From contig CP089280.1 of the NCBI GenBank assembly GCA_023920165.1, forward strand, positions 1,860,001-1,924,000: a stretch of 64,000 nucleotides of DNA, read 5' to 3'. The DNA comes from Curvularia clavata (Eukaryota). Positions 11,869-25,979 of the stretch are shown here, one piece after another. Below the pieces are notes generated by a model. That model was not told the origin of the DNA. It did not search any database and saw only the letters and a program-made list of their open reading frames with translations. Position 1 is the stretch's first letter. Every line of letters starts with the position of its first letter. The translations under genes were made by a program, and so were the position numbers.

Positions 11869-13099
11869 ATGGCTATACCGACCACACCAGAAGGCCTTCC
11901 TCTGGACAACCGTGCAAATGCCCTCAAGATACCAATCATCACATTGATCATCTTCAGCTCCATATTCGTTGCGCTTCGACTGGGTATCAACTTCAGGAAC
12001 AGGAACTTCTTCCTGCTTACAGATCATCTACTATGGACCGGACATGTAAGCCCAGCTTTCCAAACCCAGTCAATTACTATTCTGACAAGACCCAAGGTGA
12101 TAGCCATAGCCGGTGCTGCATGCTGTTATAGAATGGCCGATGTAGGCGGCGGCAGACACATGTGGGATCCTTTCATGACGCCAGAGCATCTGGAAAAGTA
12201 CCTCTACTTTCTCTGGCTGGGCCAGTTGCTCAACCTCTACGGCATGGCTCTAATCAAACTGAGCGTTTGCGCCTACATTTTCATGTTGGACTTCTCCCGG
12301 ACATTCCGCATCTTCATTTGGATTTCAATCGTTATTCACGTCGGCGTGAACTTTGTCTTTCCTACCGTCATTCTTTTCGGCGAATGCACACCCTTTTCAA
12401 AGCACTGGGACGTCAAAGGAACTCAGCCTGGTTCGTGTTGGGGATCACAACCTAGAGTTATTTCGGGATACTCTGGAGCAGCAGTCAACATTGCGACCGA
12501 TATGCTCTACACTACAGCACCTCTGATCTACATTTCGCGGATCCAACTTCCAAAGCGCACCATCTGGGGTGTTCGTGCAGTCTTTCTCTGCGGTCTTGTG
12601 TAAGTTTCCCAGATCTTCTACATGATACTTCCACCTTTCTGTCCCTTACTAACAACCTTATAGCACGACAACAATTTCTGCATTGAAACTATACGAGATG
12701 AAATCGCTAGCAGACACAAAAGACCCGAGCTACGAATCCGTGAACCTAAGCATTTTCGCCCTGGCTGAAGTATTCGTCGGTGCCTTTACAGCCTCGCTTC
12801 CACCGCTGCGCAAAACTTTCGAAAACCTACTACGCAAAGTTCTTCCTGCCAGCATCACAGGGGCATCAAAGGCATCGAGACAAAGCTACGCGCTTGAAAA
12901 TATTGAGGCCAAAATCAGCGCGAAATCGTGGAGAACCAAGCACGAGACAGACGATGACAGCGAGCTCGGTATATTACCAGAAGACGGGTCTGACAAACTT
13001 AAGAAAGATGCCGACCAGTCGATTACGAAAACTACACACGTCGCTGTAACAGAAGACGACCGCAGTGCGATTTCACGGCGTCAAGACGGATGGGCATGA
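11869..13099 (+). CDS. PTH11-like (fungal rhodopsin-domain) 7-TM integral membrane protein without CFEM, 3 exons
   Basis: Hydrophobic helices with FVALR, GGGRHMW, KLSV, CTPFSKHWD..C, NIATD and ASLPPLR. Introns 12046-12096 and 12600-12663. Confidence 0.82.
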
Positions 13100-13385
13100 T
13101 CGCTCTTTTTCCTTCCCTTTGTAAAAATATACCATGTTTGACTAGCAACAATGATAACGATGTTTGACGTACAAAATGACTTGAAACGCTGTGGACCTTC
13201 GACCCCTAATTGCGCAACGCCCGTTGAGAAATCCCGCCCACCAGGTTGCACAATGAGGGGGTGTGCGTAAGGAAGCCAGTGCACGTCTAGCCGAGGTTTA
13301 GGGGAAGTCGATCATGGATGATCAACATATCCCTCCCGCGTTCCTGATCACATAGTGCACTCATTTCCCCATCGTCGCCATCGCC

Positions 13386-15347
13386 ATGTCCAAGCCATCC
13401 AAACCATCCAAACCTTATCTCCGCGATCTGCAGTTCTGCGGCTTCGCAGAGGGCCTCACATACACTGATCGCAATGGCACTCAGGCACTTTGCCATTACT
13501 TTGGCGGAGTGCCATATGCACTTCCACCTATCGGACCCTTTCGATTCCAAAAGCCACGACCACTGCCACCATGTTACCGGTATGGGACTCGAGTGAATCC
13601 AGGAAGGTACACAGGAGCCTGCGGTCTGTGTCCGCAGCCGGGATCTAGCCCTGGGCCCCTGGACCCCTCTTCGTGGGACGAAGACTGTCTACAAAGCAAC
13701 ATTTGGATTCCTGCGGGAAGCCCACCAGTTGAAGGTTTGTTTGGCCCCGAACGGTAGACGCCCGTTGATAACGAAGAAAATGCCAAGTTCTAACTCTAAA
13801 AAAATCTAGGCTGGCCGGTATTGTTCTGGATACGTACGTAAAACTCTCTTTTTTCTGTGGTGATCTATCGCCACCATGTCCAACTTCACTGCACCAGACC
13901 CATTTCGACCCGGGCTATCTTCGGCAAAGATGGCGGCATGTCTCGTACCTTGCAGCTGCAACCGAGATGGGGAAAATGGGTGGTTGGTGCGCCTGAGCTT
14001 GTTCCTTCGTCTCCCGCTACTAGAGGAGGAATCGAGGGCCTAAGGGTTGGCAACACGTGGCAACTGACTCGATTTGGTTCAACAGATGGGGGATTCTTGC
14101 AATGGGGCAGCCCAAACGGTATAGACCTCCGCGCGCTACTCAGCGAATCACCCACTCGCTGCATTGTCGTTGCGCCAGCATATCGACTGAATGTGTTCGG
14201 TTTCCTTGCCGCAAAGGAGCTTAACGAGTCGTGTCGTGACTATGACGCGAATCTGGGCTTTTGGGACCAGCGCCTCGCTTTGCAGTGGACGCATGAAAAC
14301 ATTGGCTATTTTGGTGGCGACGCATCGAATATCACCATCGGGGGGTACTCGGCAGGATCGCATTCTGTATTCCACCAGCTGTCGTACGATCTCGGGCTGC
14401 CCGATTCGAAAGCCATTGTGAAGCGGGCGTTGATGCTGTCAAATGGGCCCGGGATGCAGCCGAAGAGCTTGGATGAAACACAAGACCAGTTTGACGAGCT
14501 GATCACAGTCCTGGGTATTGATACGAGTTTGTCGTCAGCTGAGAAGCTCACGAGGCTGCGTTCACTGACTCCTCAGACCCTTATCGAGGCGTCCTGCAGG
14601 ATGAAGTTTCACCAGTTCCGTAGCGTAACGGCTACTGAGGGGTCGTTCGTTCGTCATAACCTTCTTGAGGAATTGTCCAATGGTGTATATGCCGAACGTC
14701 TAAAACGTCGTAACGTCAAACTTATTATCGGAGAGTGCAGTGACGAGCACTTCGTTTACGGTACCTGGCGCCCGCCACACCCAGGCTACCACAACATGCT
14801 AGACCGACTCGAAGCTGACTATCCCCGAGAAGCTTGTAAGGTTTTGATGTCCCACTACTTTCCTGATGGCAAGCTGCCACCAAAATTTGAGAGCTGGCAG
14901 GCTGCTTTTGGGCACATTTACGCTGATGTGCAGATTCATGCACTGCGACGGGGCATGGTTCACGCACTTGCGAAGCATGGCGCTGGCAACTTGATTCATA
15001 GGTATCGTATCGAGTGGCGTGCGCAATGTGTGGATGAACAGCTCCCCAAGCACTTTGGCGCTTCTCATGGCTCTGACATGGCCATTTGGTTCTGGGGCAA
15101 CGGCAGTGTCTTGACAGAAGAGGAGAAGCAGGTTGCCCTAGAGACATTCCACAAACCTCTGAGCAAGTTTTTGAAGGGCGAATATATGGACTGGGGTACG
15201 GAGAGTGTTATGCAGCTGCGTACATTAAAGAGTGACGGCAGTGTTGCCGTAGAAGAAGATGTCCGGCTCGAAGAAGGGCTGAGACTCTGGAATGCGTTGA
15301 AGAAGGTTGGTGCGACAGGAAAGTCCCAGGAGTCAGCGAAGCTCTGA
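13386..15347 (+). CDS. Carboxylesterase type B (alpha/beta hydrolase), 3 exons
   Basis: FGGVPYA, EDCLQSNIW, WPVLFWIHGG (built across the 24-nt exon 13810-13833; introns 13735-13809 and 13834-14085), YRLNVFGF, nucleophile GYSAG, ASHGSD. Confidence 0.9.
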
Positions 15348-16940
15348 GTGTATTGTCATGTAGCCAGTTTACTCGACCTGGAGGAGTGGTTTGTGGAGTT
15401 TCCCATTACCTCTTGTTACCAGGTACAGGAAAGATCATATGTAAGACATGGATATAATCTCTCAATGTGGACTCCTCAACCAGACTCGCTAACAGTCAAC
15501 CTAATTAATCTGACTTTGAGGTTTTCATCGACCGATTGACGGTACCTTTTGGAGTAATCGGACCAATAGGTTGATTAATAGCAAATCCGTCATCGAGAAA
15601 TACAGCGTAGAAACCCCCAGACTACCTACATGCCTCCCCATCAAACTACATCGATCCAAGTATGCTGTATTTCCTCAAATCAGCAGAAGACGAGCATTGA
15701 GCAGGACCACCAAAGACATAGTGCTGGTGTACGGGGTTGGCCACAGGCCTGGACTATGGACAAGCTTACCTCAGCCTGGATATCAGAGCAAGATACGTAG
15801 ACCAGGGTCTAAGAAACCTGTATGACACCCTCTCTGCTCAATCGTATCAAGTCTCAGATAGCTATACGGTCATTTGGTGACGATACCTGGGTTCTTTGAT
15901 CTCCTAGCTAAAGTACACTGGTAAACGTCGCCTAGTTAGTGGACACCATAGTCCATTACTTTCTATACATCCAATTGATACCAGCACAATACAACATTTT
16001 AATACGATGATTTATAATTTTAAAACTTCTTTTCAGCTTCTAGCCAAAGAAACGGAAACCTGAGATCACATACGTAAATATCTACACAAGTCTTTTTGTT
16101 CTTACCATATATATGAAACTACAATACAAAAGACTTGGCTTTTCTACATTAATCTAACGACAATAGATGTATCATGCGAATACGTCATGCGAGCTGTAAA
16201 GCAAGAAGAGGAAATTCGTGAAGAACCAGCGATTGTAGTTTCTTCGTTGAACCTCAAATGAGAACAAATCACTACTTACACAGAACCAACACATTGCATG
16301 CGTCTCTCTAAACACCCAGCATCTTATGATAACCAGGCGGCTCCAATGCCCTCCACAGCAGCTTGACAGCCCATTGACATCCCAGAAAGCAATTGGCAAG
16401 CAACTCGAAAACAACATCACAAACAACATTAACATACTGATCGTCTACCCAAAACATGTCAATTGTATCGAACTGAATCGAATTTCATTCCATTTCATAT
16501 CATGTACCCGAAACAATGACATCATGTATGTTTTTCTTATTCCACCCTAAAGTGTCATAACATTTCATACATATACATAGGACCCAGAGAAAAAGACGCC
16601 AAACCCACACCCCCTTAGCCACGCCCATCCCTCCCCCTTTGCCAACGCCAGAAATCCTGCCTATAGGTCATCAGATTTCATAAGGAACATGATCACAAAA
16701 AGAAAAAAAAGAGAGAAAATGATTGTTTAGCCAGCTCCACATTGTAAGCAGAAAGATGCAAACTCAGCGAGTGTGTGAGATTTTAGCCGTAAATCCATAA
16801 GAAGAAAACCAGTATTGGAAAAAAGGAAAGAAAGAAAGATTGAGTAGGAGTTGTTTACAATCCAACCCGAGGTATCAAATGTTGCGCCGTTAGCCAGCCG
16901 ATCCATGCAAATGTTTTTAGTTGTCGCCGGATAAGATGAA

Positions 16941-18897
16941 TCAAGCAATAGTCTTTTCCTTGGGCAGGCGCTTCAAGGCCTCCTCGACATCCTTGTGGTC
17001 AACTACAACGCCGCTCTCAGAACAACGAGCCTTGGCGCGGAGCTCCGAGCACAGGTTGTCGATATCGATTGTGCCGTCCTTGAAGTCTGGGCGACTTGAC
17101 AACTTGTCCCTGTATGGGGTTAGTGATTCTATTGCTTTATTGTTAGCGCATTTTACTGACCAGATCTTGTGGCAGTTGAGAAGCGAGTTAACATCCTCGC
17201 CTGGAACCACCTCATCATCATCTTGACCATCCTGCGCGCGTTCGATTTCGTCGAGTGGGTTCGGCTTTTGTACAGCAGGTGTGTCGCCAAAGTGGAAGGG
17301 GCTGACATAGCCGGTGTTGAGGAAGGCATCGTTGAAGAAGCCACCGGTAAAATCGCCATCGCCGACAATGGCGTTTTGAGTGTCGCGGTACTCTCCAAAG
17401 AGGGTAGGGTCGAACTGGCCGCCGTTCTGGTTCGCAAAGTAATCGATGCCACTGACGGCGGGCGTGGGGGATTTGGCGGATAAGACTGCGGGAGAAGGTT
17501 TGTCGTCAGATTGGGACATCGCACGAGGCATGGGGTTGCGAGGATTGCCGCAGGCCATGTTGAGCTTTTCGCAGAAGAGAACCTCACCTTCCGAGTTTCC
17601 ATGACACCTATAACCATCTGTAATAGTGTCCGTCTGCTGCTTGGGCGACGTTTGGCTGGGTTCTGGGGACGTGCCACAGGACGAGTTTTGGTTGGTGGGC
17701 GATGTGGACGAGGCAGATGGCGAGTCGGAATGACTGGACGAACCGCTATTGAACTGGAAAACACGCGATTGCGATCCAGTAGAGCTAACGGTGTTGCTGC
17801 GAGCAGTTGCCATATTTGGTGTGTTGCTGTTGAAGCCAAAGAAACCGTTCAAGCTGTCAGACCGCTGAGTCTTTGCTCCTGTACCAACGGGACCAGGAGA
17901 GTTGGTAGCCGAACCGTTTGCATTGCTATTTGGGCTGATAGCGCGTCCGGTGCTGTTCTGTCGTCCCGATACGCTCGAGGAGACGGAACCGGCCTTTTTA
18001 GCCAACGGACCATTGTCGAGCAGCTGGGCGCCTGGAAGTGCGCCGAAGCGTGGGAACTCAAAAGAAAAGTTGTTTGCACCGGTGTTGGTATTAAGCATGG
18101 AGCTGAAGCCTCCGGCAAGAGGCGGGGTGCGGCTCAATCCGCTGCTGTTCATAGACAGGCGTTTCCGGTATTCGCGAAGCTCCATCTGAAGCCTTTGTAC
18201 CTGCGCTCGCAATAAGCCATTCTCGTGGTTGGTAGCGTCAGAGGCCTTTTCGAGCTCCTGGACTTTGGTTTCGAGATCCTTGAGGTGCTTCTCCTTGCGT
18301 TCTCTGAAAGCGCGCTGGGCAGCGCGGTTCTGGGCCTTGCGCTTCTGTTGCTTACTGTCAGTTTTGCCTAGATGGTCATTACCCATAGCAACCTACCGTG
18401 GTAGGCTCAGAAGTCAGCGGCTTGCGGCCTGGCTTCTTAGCTTGTTTGTCTTCGCCCTCTCTGCGCTTACCCCCTCCCTCATCGTCCTCGGCTTCTTCGT
18501 CGCCAGGACTTTTGCGCTTCTCGCTCGAGTCGGCGGAGGGTGTGTCGCCAGGAAGCGCGCCAATCATGTCGCCGTCAACATTGTCGAAGTCGAAGCCGGT
18601 GTCACCATCGACATAGTCGATGAAAGGACTTTCTTCGATGCCGACGTTGCTGAAGCCAGTACCGATGGATGATTGTTGGGGAGAGGTGAAGTAGTTGGGG
18701 TCGAGGGCGTCGATGGGATACTGAAACTGTGCGTTGTTCAGGGATTGCTTGTTGTGGTTCCCATTATCGAGACCTGTAGAAAAAAGGTCGTTGGGGTTCT
18801 GGTTGTTCGAGGCAAGGGCGGCAAGGAGGAGGTCTTGCTGCGTTGCATCGAGGTAGAAGGGCGCGCCGTTCTGGAAGTCGTTGGTGGTGCCGGCCAT
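16941..18897 (-). CDS. AP1: Yap1/Pap1-type redox-regulated bZIP transcription factor, 3 exons
   Basis: KKPGRKPLTSEPTT|KRKAQNRAAQRAFRERKEKHLKDLE bZIP. n-CRD FCEKLNMACG, c-CRD NCHKIW|DKL...DIDNLCSELRAKARCSE. Introns 18345-18396 and 17110-17160. Confidence 0.95.
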
Positions 18898-20082
18898 TGC
18901 GGAAGCTTGTATGGATTGCAAAAGGCCAGTGGCCGGTGTGGTGCGCCGCGTAGGGGTGCGGACGTTGGGCGGGGTCGTTGACAGTCGAGGTCAGACGTCA
19001 GAGAGGATGTTTTTGGCCACCCAAACGGGCACAGCAGCCAAAGCGATAGACAAGAGAATTGTGGGTTCGTGAAGGGTATGGATGACGCAAAAGGTGCGGT
19101 TAGAGTCAAGCAGTGTGCAGCGGGTGAGATTGCCGGCAAACGGGTGCTGAACAGGCAGGAAAAGCACCGACGTAGGGGCGAGAGCGGAAGCGGTGGGTAC
19201 TGCACACCGACAAAAAACGTTCTGTCCGGTACGCGGACGAATATGCGAGTGTGCGAGGGAGCCTGCCAGAGGGGGTGCAATGTGGTCAGAGGCGTGGAGG
19301 AGCACTGGGGCAAGAGGAGGCCTAAGGGCGCAGGGCGCAGAGGGCAGTGGGATGCGGCACGGTTGGTGATTGGCCGGGGCAATTTGGTCGGAGCTGGGCA
19401 CCAGAGGCTGTCTAGACGGGGCGGACCAGCAGAAAAGCACGTGAGAAACGTCACCAGTGGCCTTGGGGCTTGAGGAGAGGGACGGAGTCGTCAGTCGAGT
19501 GGCAGAGACAGGCAAAAGGGCGCAGCGGGCAGCGGGCGGCGGGCGTAACGGGCGTGGTGGCTGATTGATAAGCACAGGGCTTGGTGGGGGTTGCAGCGCG
19601 CAGACCAGAGCAGAAGACGGTCGAAGACGCGCGAGGCCGATGATGCCTGGATGCCTGGCCTTGAGCCGCGTCTGTGCTAAGAAAAGCCCTCCGTTTCTCG
19701 CTCTCTGTGACTCCGACTTGTATAAGCGCTTATGCAGGTTGCCTCTCTACTGCACATGGTGCCGGTCCCCTCCAAGTCGGTCGGTCGTGACGAATCCTGA
19801 CACGCATCGACATGTGCGACAGCTGCGAGACACGTGTCCCAAGCGTTCGCGTGTGCTGGCTGGGTGCTCAACCGTGGTTTGGTCCGGCCTTGCTGGATGC
19901 GTGGTTGGACATTGTTGTAGTATAGGGCTGAAGAGATGGGGTGAACAAGGGTTCAGCCGTGGGGCGGCGCCAAGACCCGTGCCTGCCTCTACAGCCGCCG
20001 TCATGCTCGACGCGCCTTCCTCACCTCGACTACTTTTCCCCACCACCGCCACACCTCCATCCACACCTCCCGCCCTTGCATC

Positions 20083-21049
20083 ATGGCTGATCAGCTCAAG
20101 CAGACCAAAAATGCCATCAACGCCAAGAAGCATGAGATTGCCAAAGAAGAGGCCTCACGCGCAGACTGGGCTGAGCAGCTCGTCCAAATGGATGCGCTGC
20201 TCAAGGACACGGGTGGCTCCGACGAGATGAAGGCCATGCGCGCCGAGATGGTCGATAGCATTGCCGCCCACGATGCCACTCTAGACAAACTGCGTTCTGA
20301 ACTCGCGGCTCTCGAGGCTCAGCTGCCCCAGGCCCCTGCTCCCGCTGAGCCTACCGGCCCCAAGTTCGACCCAGAGAAGCACCCTGTTCTGCGCAAGGCC
20401 TTGGAGAAGCAGGAACCCGAAAAGCCCGTTAGTTTCGGCATCGGAGACGTTTGCGAGGCCCAATGGACAGACAGGTCCTGGTACAAGGCCAAGATTCAGA
20501 GCATCCTCGGATCCGTCTCGGCTCCCAAGTATCTCGTCCGCTTCATCGAATACGACGAAACCATGACCGTCGACCGTTCTGCCGTACGCCCCCTTCCTAC
20601 CAAGCGCAAGCGGGAACCCGAGACTGTGTCGAACCCAACTCCTGCAGCCGCTGCCACCTCTTCATACGTAATCTCTGGTCCTGCCACCACGAATCCAGCT
20701 GCTATGGCGGCCAAGAACACAAAGAACGCGGCTTCCACCGATGACGCGGCCGACAGGAAGCCCAGTCGAGTTCCCACAAAGGGTACGCTGAAGAAGAGGG
20801 CGTCAGCCTGGGCGGATTTCCAGAGCAAAGTGTCTAAGAAGGGCGTCACCAAGGAATCCATGTTCCGTACCGGCACCGAAGCTGGCAGCCGAGGTATGCA
20901 CCCACTCACTGTACTTGTACTGAGTTTTTATTGACTTGTTGATAGTTGGTTTCTTGGGCTCTGGCAAGGGCATGACCGAAACTCACAAGCGTCAGCGCTA
21001 CAACAAAAAGGCCGACACTGACTTGGCTGACGACGACTACCCGGCTTAA
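20083..21049 (+). CDS. SPF30: Tudor-domain splicing factor SPF30/SMNDC1-like, 2 exons
   Basis: N-terminal coiled coil, Tudor domain GDVCEAQWTDRSWYKAKI..VRFIEY, C-terminal KESMFRT..RVGFLGSGKGMT joined across intron 20894-20945. Confidence 0.82.
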
Positions 21050-21868
21050 TGCAAGCTCTTTGAGAAGCCTACAATGCCATTGGCTGGATCTCTGTGGTAT
21101 GTTTATGCATAGTCCAACAGTTCTGAATGTCCGAATCTCTGGCTTACATTGCTTTCTGGCCGACATCAGACCTACGGAGTAGACACATCCGCTACACACA
21201 GGAACACCTATCTGATTGAGCCGCCATGCTCGTCAGCTTTGTCTGAAAGAATTCTTACTGATTTGATATAGGCATCCGTCGCATATGATGGCTATCCTGC
21301 ACCTCGTCCCACGAATCATCCCGGCGTTACAGCATCTGCATATTTTCGGTATGATCCTCTGGCACAAACATCCCACCTACCGGGCCACATCACTAAACTC
21401 GACCCGCTTAATAGGCGTTTGATACCCTTTCTGCATTTTCATCTGACGCAGCCAACGGTGGAATCTTCTCTGTCGAATAGACATCTATGTGTCCGGTAAG
21501 GCATGCCCCAAATCCTCCCTCCCTTGTCTTTGCTATGTACGGCGCATTCCACTAGGTAGTTGCGGGATTGTTTATGAGAATAAAATGAGTTTTTCCATAA
21601 ATTCTGCGTACTCGGATTCCTGTTCGTGATGACCCAGTGCTACATGTTTCCGTGTTTGGTGCCGAGTTGTAAAACGCGGTTGCGCGCTTTGTTCGCGAGT
21701 GCCCCGCAGTTCAAGAGACGGCATCCTTGCGTGCCCTAGTAGCTCCAACTGCCACTTCACCCCCACGCCCTAATGCTGCAGCTTTCGCGACGCGACTATC
21801 AATATAGACGCACAAGGCATGTCGCAGCGGTGCTGTAGACGCACTGTACTGCGACACGCGCATCCATC

Positions 21869-24800
21869 ATGGAAGCGGATTGGGACGAGGTAAAGCGCTC
21901 TTTCGTCTCAGCACATCATCATGGAAGCGCATCATGGCTAACGGCTCCAAAGCTAGCAATCGTCCAACTCCCACCCCCAGGACCGCATCTCCCTGCCGTG
22001 CCCATATCGACATTCGCTTTTGACACGACCCAAGAACTGCTATGGACAGGCAACAACCATGTGAGTACGTTCACACCCGGCCGGCCTCGAGTGCGTCGCA
22101 GCTGACGGTACATAGGGACGGGTCACGTCCTTTTACGGTCCTCACCTTGAGCGATACACCTCCTACCGCGGACACGCGCCATCCGACGGGCCTGTTAAGC
22201 AGTTCCTTTTTACCGACAAGGGCATCCTCTCCATCTCCCAGCAGAGCGTCCACTACTCCCACCGGCGCGGACTCACACACTGGCATCTGACGTACGTTAC
22301 ATGCAAGTAGGACGACCAGACCTGGGCTAACAGAAACTGTGTAGAAGCTCAGAATTTAAAGATTTGAGATGCATGAACTTTACCTCCAAGGGCACGCGCG
22401 AGATTCTTGTTGCAGGATGTCAAGATCACATGTTCAAGGTCGATGTGGACAAAGGCACCATTACCGATACTGTATGTGTTGAAAACAGGCCACTAATACA
22501 CATGGCTGACCTTTTGTAGCTCCCAGCGGAAGCTCAGTATACGATCATGAAGCGCGCGGGTCAATACCTCTGTGCCGCAACTAAGAACGGCGGCATTCAC
22601 ATCATCGATTCGAATTCGCTCTCAGTAATCAAGGTTTTTGAAGGCCACACCAGCAGCATCAGTGATATGGACGCAAAAGGGGATTTCCTCGCAACATGTG
22701 GGTGGTCGCCTAGGCAGCAATTCGCCTTCATGCTCGACCCCTTTACAAATGTCTTTTCACTCAAGACGCTGAAACAACTACCTCCAATCCCTTTCCACAC
22801 TGGCGCAGCCTTTGTTAGAATGCACCCTCGCATGTCGACCACAGCTTTCATAGCGTCACAAAACGGCCAGATGCAAGTCATCGATCTGATGAACCCAGAC
22901 TCGGCAAATCTCAGGCAGTTAAATCTCTACGAATCCTATCTGACTGGCTTTGAGATGGCGCCGTCTGGCGAGGCTATCGTGCTGGCTGACTCCAACTCCC
23001 ACATTCATCTATGGGGCTCTCCGACCAAGGTCCACTTTCCAGAATACAGCAACCCAACAGAGACTGCAGACCATAACGTTCCACCGCCTCCGGCCATGGA
23101 TTGGAATCCAGACACGTAGGTAGATCCAGAGGCCGTAACTATGCTCTACTAACAACACTAGGCCATTGAATACTGTGGGCATGCCCTACTACAAAGAACA
23201 GCTTCTCTCCAGCTGGCCAAGTCATTTAGTATTCGAAGTCGGCTCTCCTGCACCCAAGATCGACAGTGCGATCCTGAACAACATGACGCGCGCCGAGATT
23301 GGTTTCTTCGCGAAAAATCCCAAGACCAAGCGCAGGAACCAGGCTGAAGCAACTCGGCACGTCGACAAAGTGAGCGAATCGCTGTCCGCACCAAAGTTTC
23401 TTAGCGAGAAAATGCGAGCGTCGCAATCCACAACAGAATCTGACTCACAGTCTTCGGAGACAATGGAAAGGTTGACTGACCTACACCTGGACGATGTCAC
23501 TAGGAGAGACGTCCCTGCCATGTATGGAAACGTAGAAATCAAGTACAGCAAGTTTGGTGTGGACGACTTTGATTTTGCGTACGTTTAGTTCTTATACTCC
23601 TCCTGTTCATGATCTGACTCGGCTCTAGTTATTATAACCAAACATCCTACTCTGGCTTGGAGACACACATCACCAATTCGTATGCCAATCCACTCTTGCA
23701 GCTGTTCCGTTTCACCCCATTGATCCGGAACCTTGCACTTCAACACACCGCTTCGCCGTGTCTTTTCGAATCGTGTCTTCTTTGCGAATTGGGCTTCCTG
23801 ATAGACATGCTCGAGAAGGCTTCAGGACTGAACTGCCAAGCTTCTAACTTTTTGAAGACGTTCAGTGGCCTTTCAAATGCACTATCGCTTAACTTGCTTG
23901 AAGAGTTTGCTCCGAATGTGGCGCTCACAAACATGATTCAGAACCTGAATCGATTCTTGTTGGAAAAGATATCAGACGAGTTCCGCCAGATGCTGCCTGG
24001 CCAGCCCGGACCATCAGCCATGGACCAAGTCCTCGAGACACAGGCCAGAGCAAGTATGCGGTGCGCCCAATGCACCAACGAGACCATTCGTGGCGGCAAG
24101 AATTTTGTCACTGAGCTTGTGTACCCGGCGAAACATGTTATGAAAAATACCCGGATACCACGCCCAACATTTTCGCAAATCCTCAAGGCCAGCGTTGAGC
24201 GACAAGACCAGACTCGTGGCTGGTGCACGAAATGCAACCGATATCAGCAGATGATACAGAGAAAGACCATACAGTCGGTTCCTGGTGTATTAGTGCTTAA
24301 TGCGGCTATCCAGAGCCACGACGCAAAGCTGTTGTGGTCCATACCGAATTGGCTGCCGCAAGAGATTGGAATCATAGTAGACCAGGGTCAGTTCTTCTGC
24401 TTCGAGGGCCAGGATTTGAAGCTTCACCTGCAACGCGGAGTGCACCAGATCATGGTGTACGAGCTCGTCGGTGTAGTCGCCGACATCAACAGCGGAGAGC
24501 ACCAGAAACCGCACCTGGTGGCGACCATCAATACAGCGCCCTCTTCACGCGAAGACGACCCAGAAGACAAGTGGCATCTCTTCAACGACTTCTTGGTGCG
24601 ACCAATACCAAAAGAAGAGGCTTTGCGCTTTGAGCCAAGCTGGAAGCTGCCGTCCGTCTTGACGTTCCAACTCAAGTCTGCCCGCAATAAGATTGACGAC
24701 TCCTGGAAAGACAACCTAGATACGTCTATACTATACCGCTGGTGGTCATCGAACCCGACACCTCCTGAGACCAAGTTTAAGCTGCTTGACCACCCCTCGG

Positions 24801-25588
24801 AAGCGCCGCGTCCTGGCTACCCTGTCGCTATTGATGCAGAATTCATTCGCCTTCAAGCTGAGGAGATTGAAATGAAGGCCGATGGTACACGTCAGACTAT
24901 CCGTCCAGACCGCAAAGGCCTCGCTCGTGTCTCCGTCTGTCGTGGTGAAGGCGAGCATGCCGGCCTTCCTTTTATTGATGATTACATTGCCGTGACAGAA
25001 CAAGTCGTTGACTATCTTACCGAATGGTCTGGTATATCTCCCGGCGACCTCAACCGCGAAACCTCACCTTATGCGCCTGTTTCACTGAAGCATGCCTACA
25101 AGAAGCTCTGGCTGTTGCTCAACCTGGGCTGCGTCTTTGTCGGCCATTCACTCGCCAACGACTTCCGCACCATCAACATACACGTGCCGAAAAATCAGGT
25201 CGTAGATACCAGCAACCTCTGGTTCAAACCGGACTTCAAGCGCAAACTGAACCTCAAGTTCCTGGCTTGGTGCGTGCTTAAAGAGAGTATCCAAGAGAAC
25301 ACGCACGACTCTATCGAGGACGCAACGACCGCGCTCAAGCTGTGGCGTAAGTGGCAGGAGTTTGAGGATGCCGGTGTCTTGGAGCAGATGCTGAACGATG
25401 TGTATGCCAAGGGTAGCTTGGTGGGTTTCAAGGCGCCTGGGAGTGGAGGCAAAACTGCGGGAAACCATAGCTATGGTGCCAAGCAAGCGGCGGCTGCTAG
25501 TAACGAAACGCCTGAGCCGCTGACGACGCCGAAGAAGGGAGGGAGTCAGTTTGGTAGCGTGGGGTTCAGGAGTCCACTTAGACGCTGA
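21869..25588 (+). CDS. PAN2: PAN2-PAN3 deadenylase catalytic subunit PAN2, multi-exon
   Basis: MEADWDE start, WD40 region, [16 protein letters not shown]-like domain ([19 protein letters not shown]), DEDD exonuclease ([24 protein letters not shown]). Confidence 0.96.
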
Positions 25589-25979
25589 GTATGGTCTTAC
25601 AGAGAGGGCGTGTTGTGGTGGGATTATGAGAGTAGTTTAGTATGCTTTTATCGAAAATAGAGAATTCGACTTCTTGACATGAAGTTGTGAAGTGAAAAGA
25701 CAACCTTTCCAAAGCCTAGAGAAACATGATTTTTAAAGTGTGTCTTGAGAGGCTATGTCCCCTGGGTGGAATTATGTCCTGTGGCAACTACAATAGTCCG
25801 TACGAACGTTCTTTGATGTTGAAGGCGGATGGCTATACAATGTTAAGACACAGCCCATGCTTGCACTTAGGTGCCTGTCGATCAGTGTTTGCGCACGTGC
25901 CCCAAAACTTTTGGTGACATCAACGTTCAACCGCGTCGTCGTTAGACAGAGTGGCACGCTGTAAGCCTCCACACTCGCA

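Noticed and set aside
18738..20230. Several 190-240 aa ORFs between AP1 and SPF30
   Set aside because: GC-rich promoter/UTR sequence. The translations are low-complexity and have no recognisable motifs.
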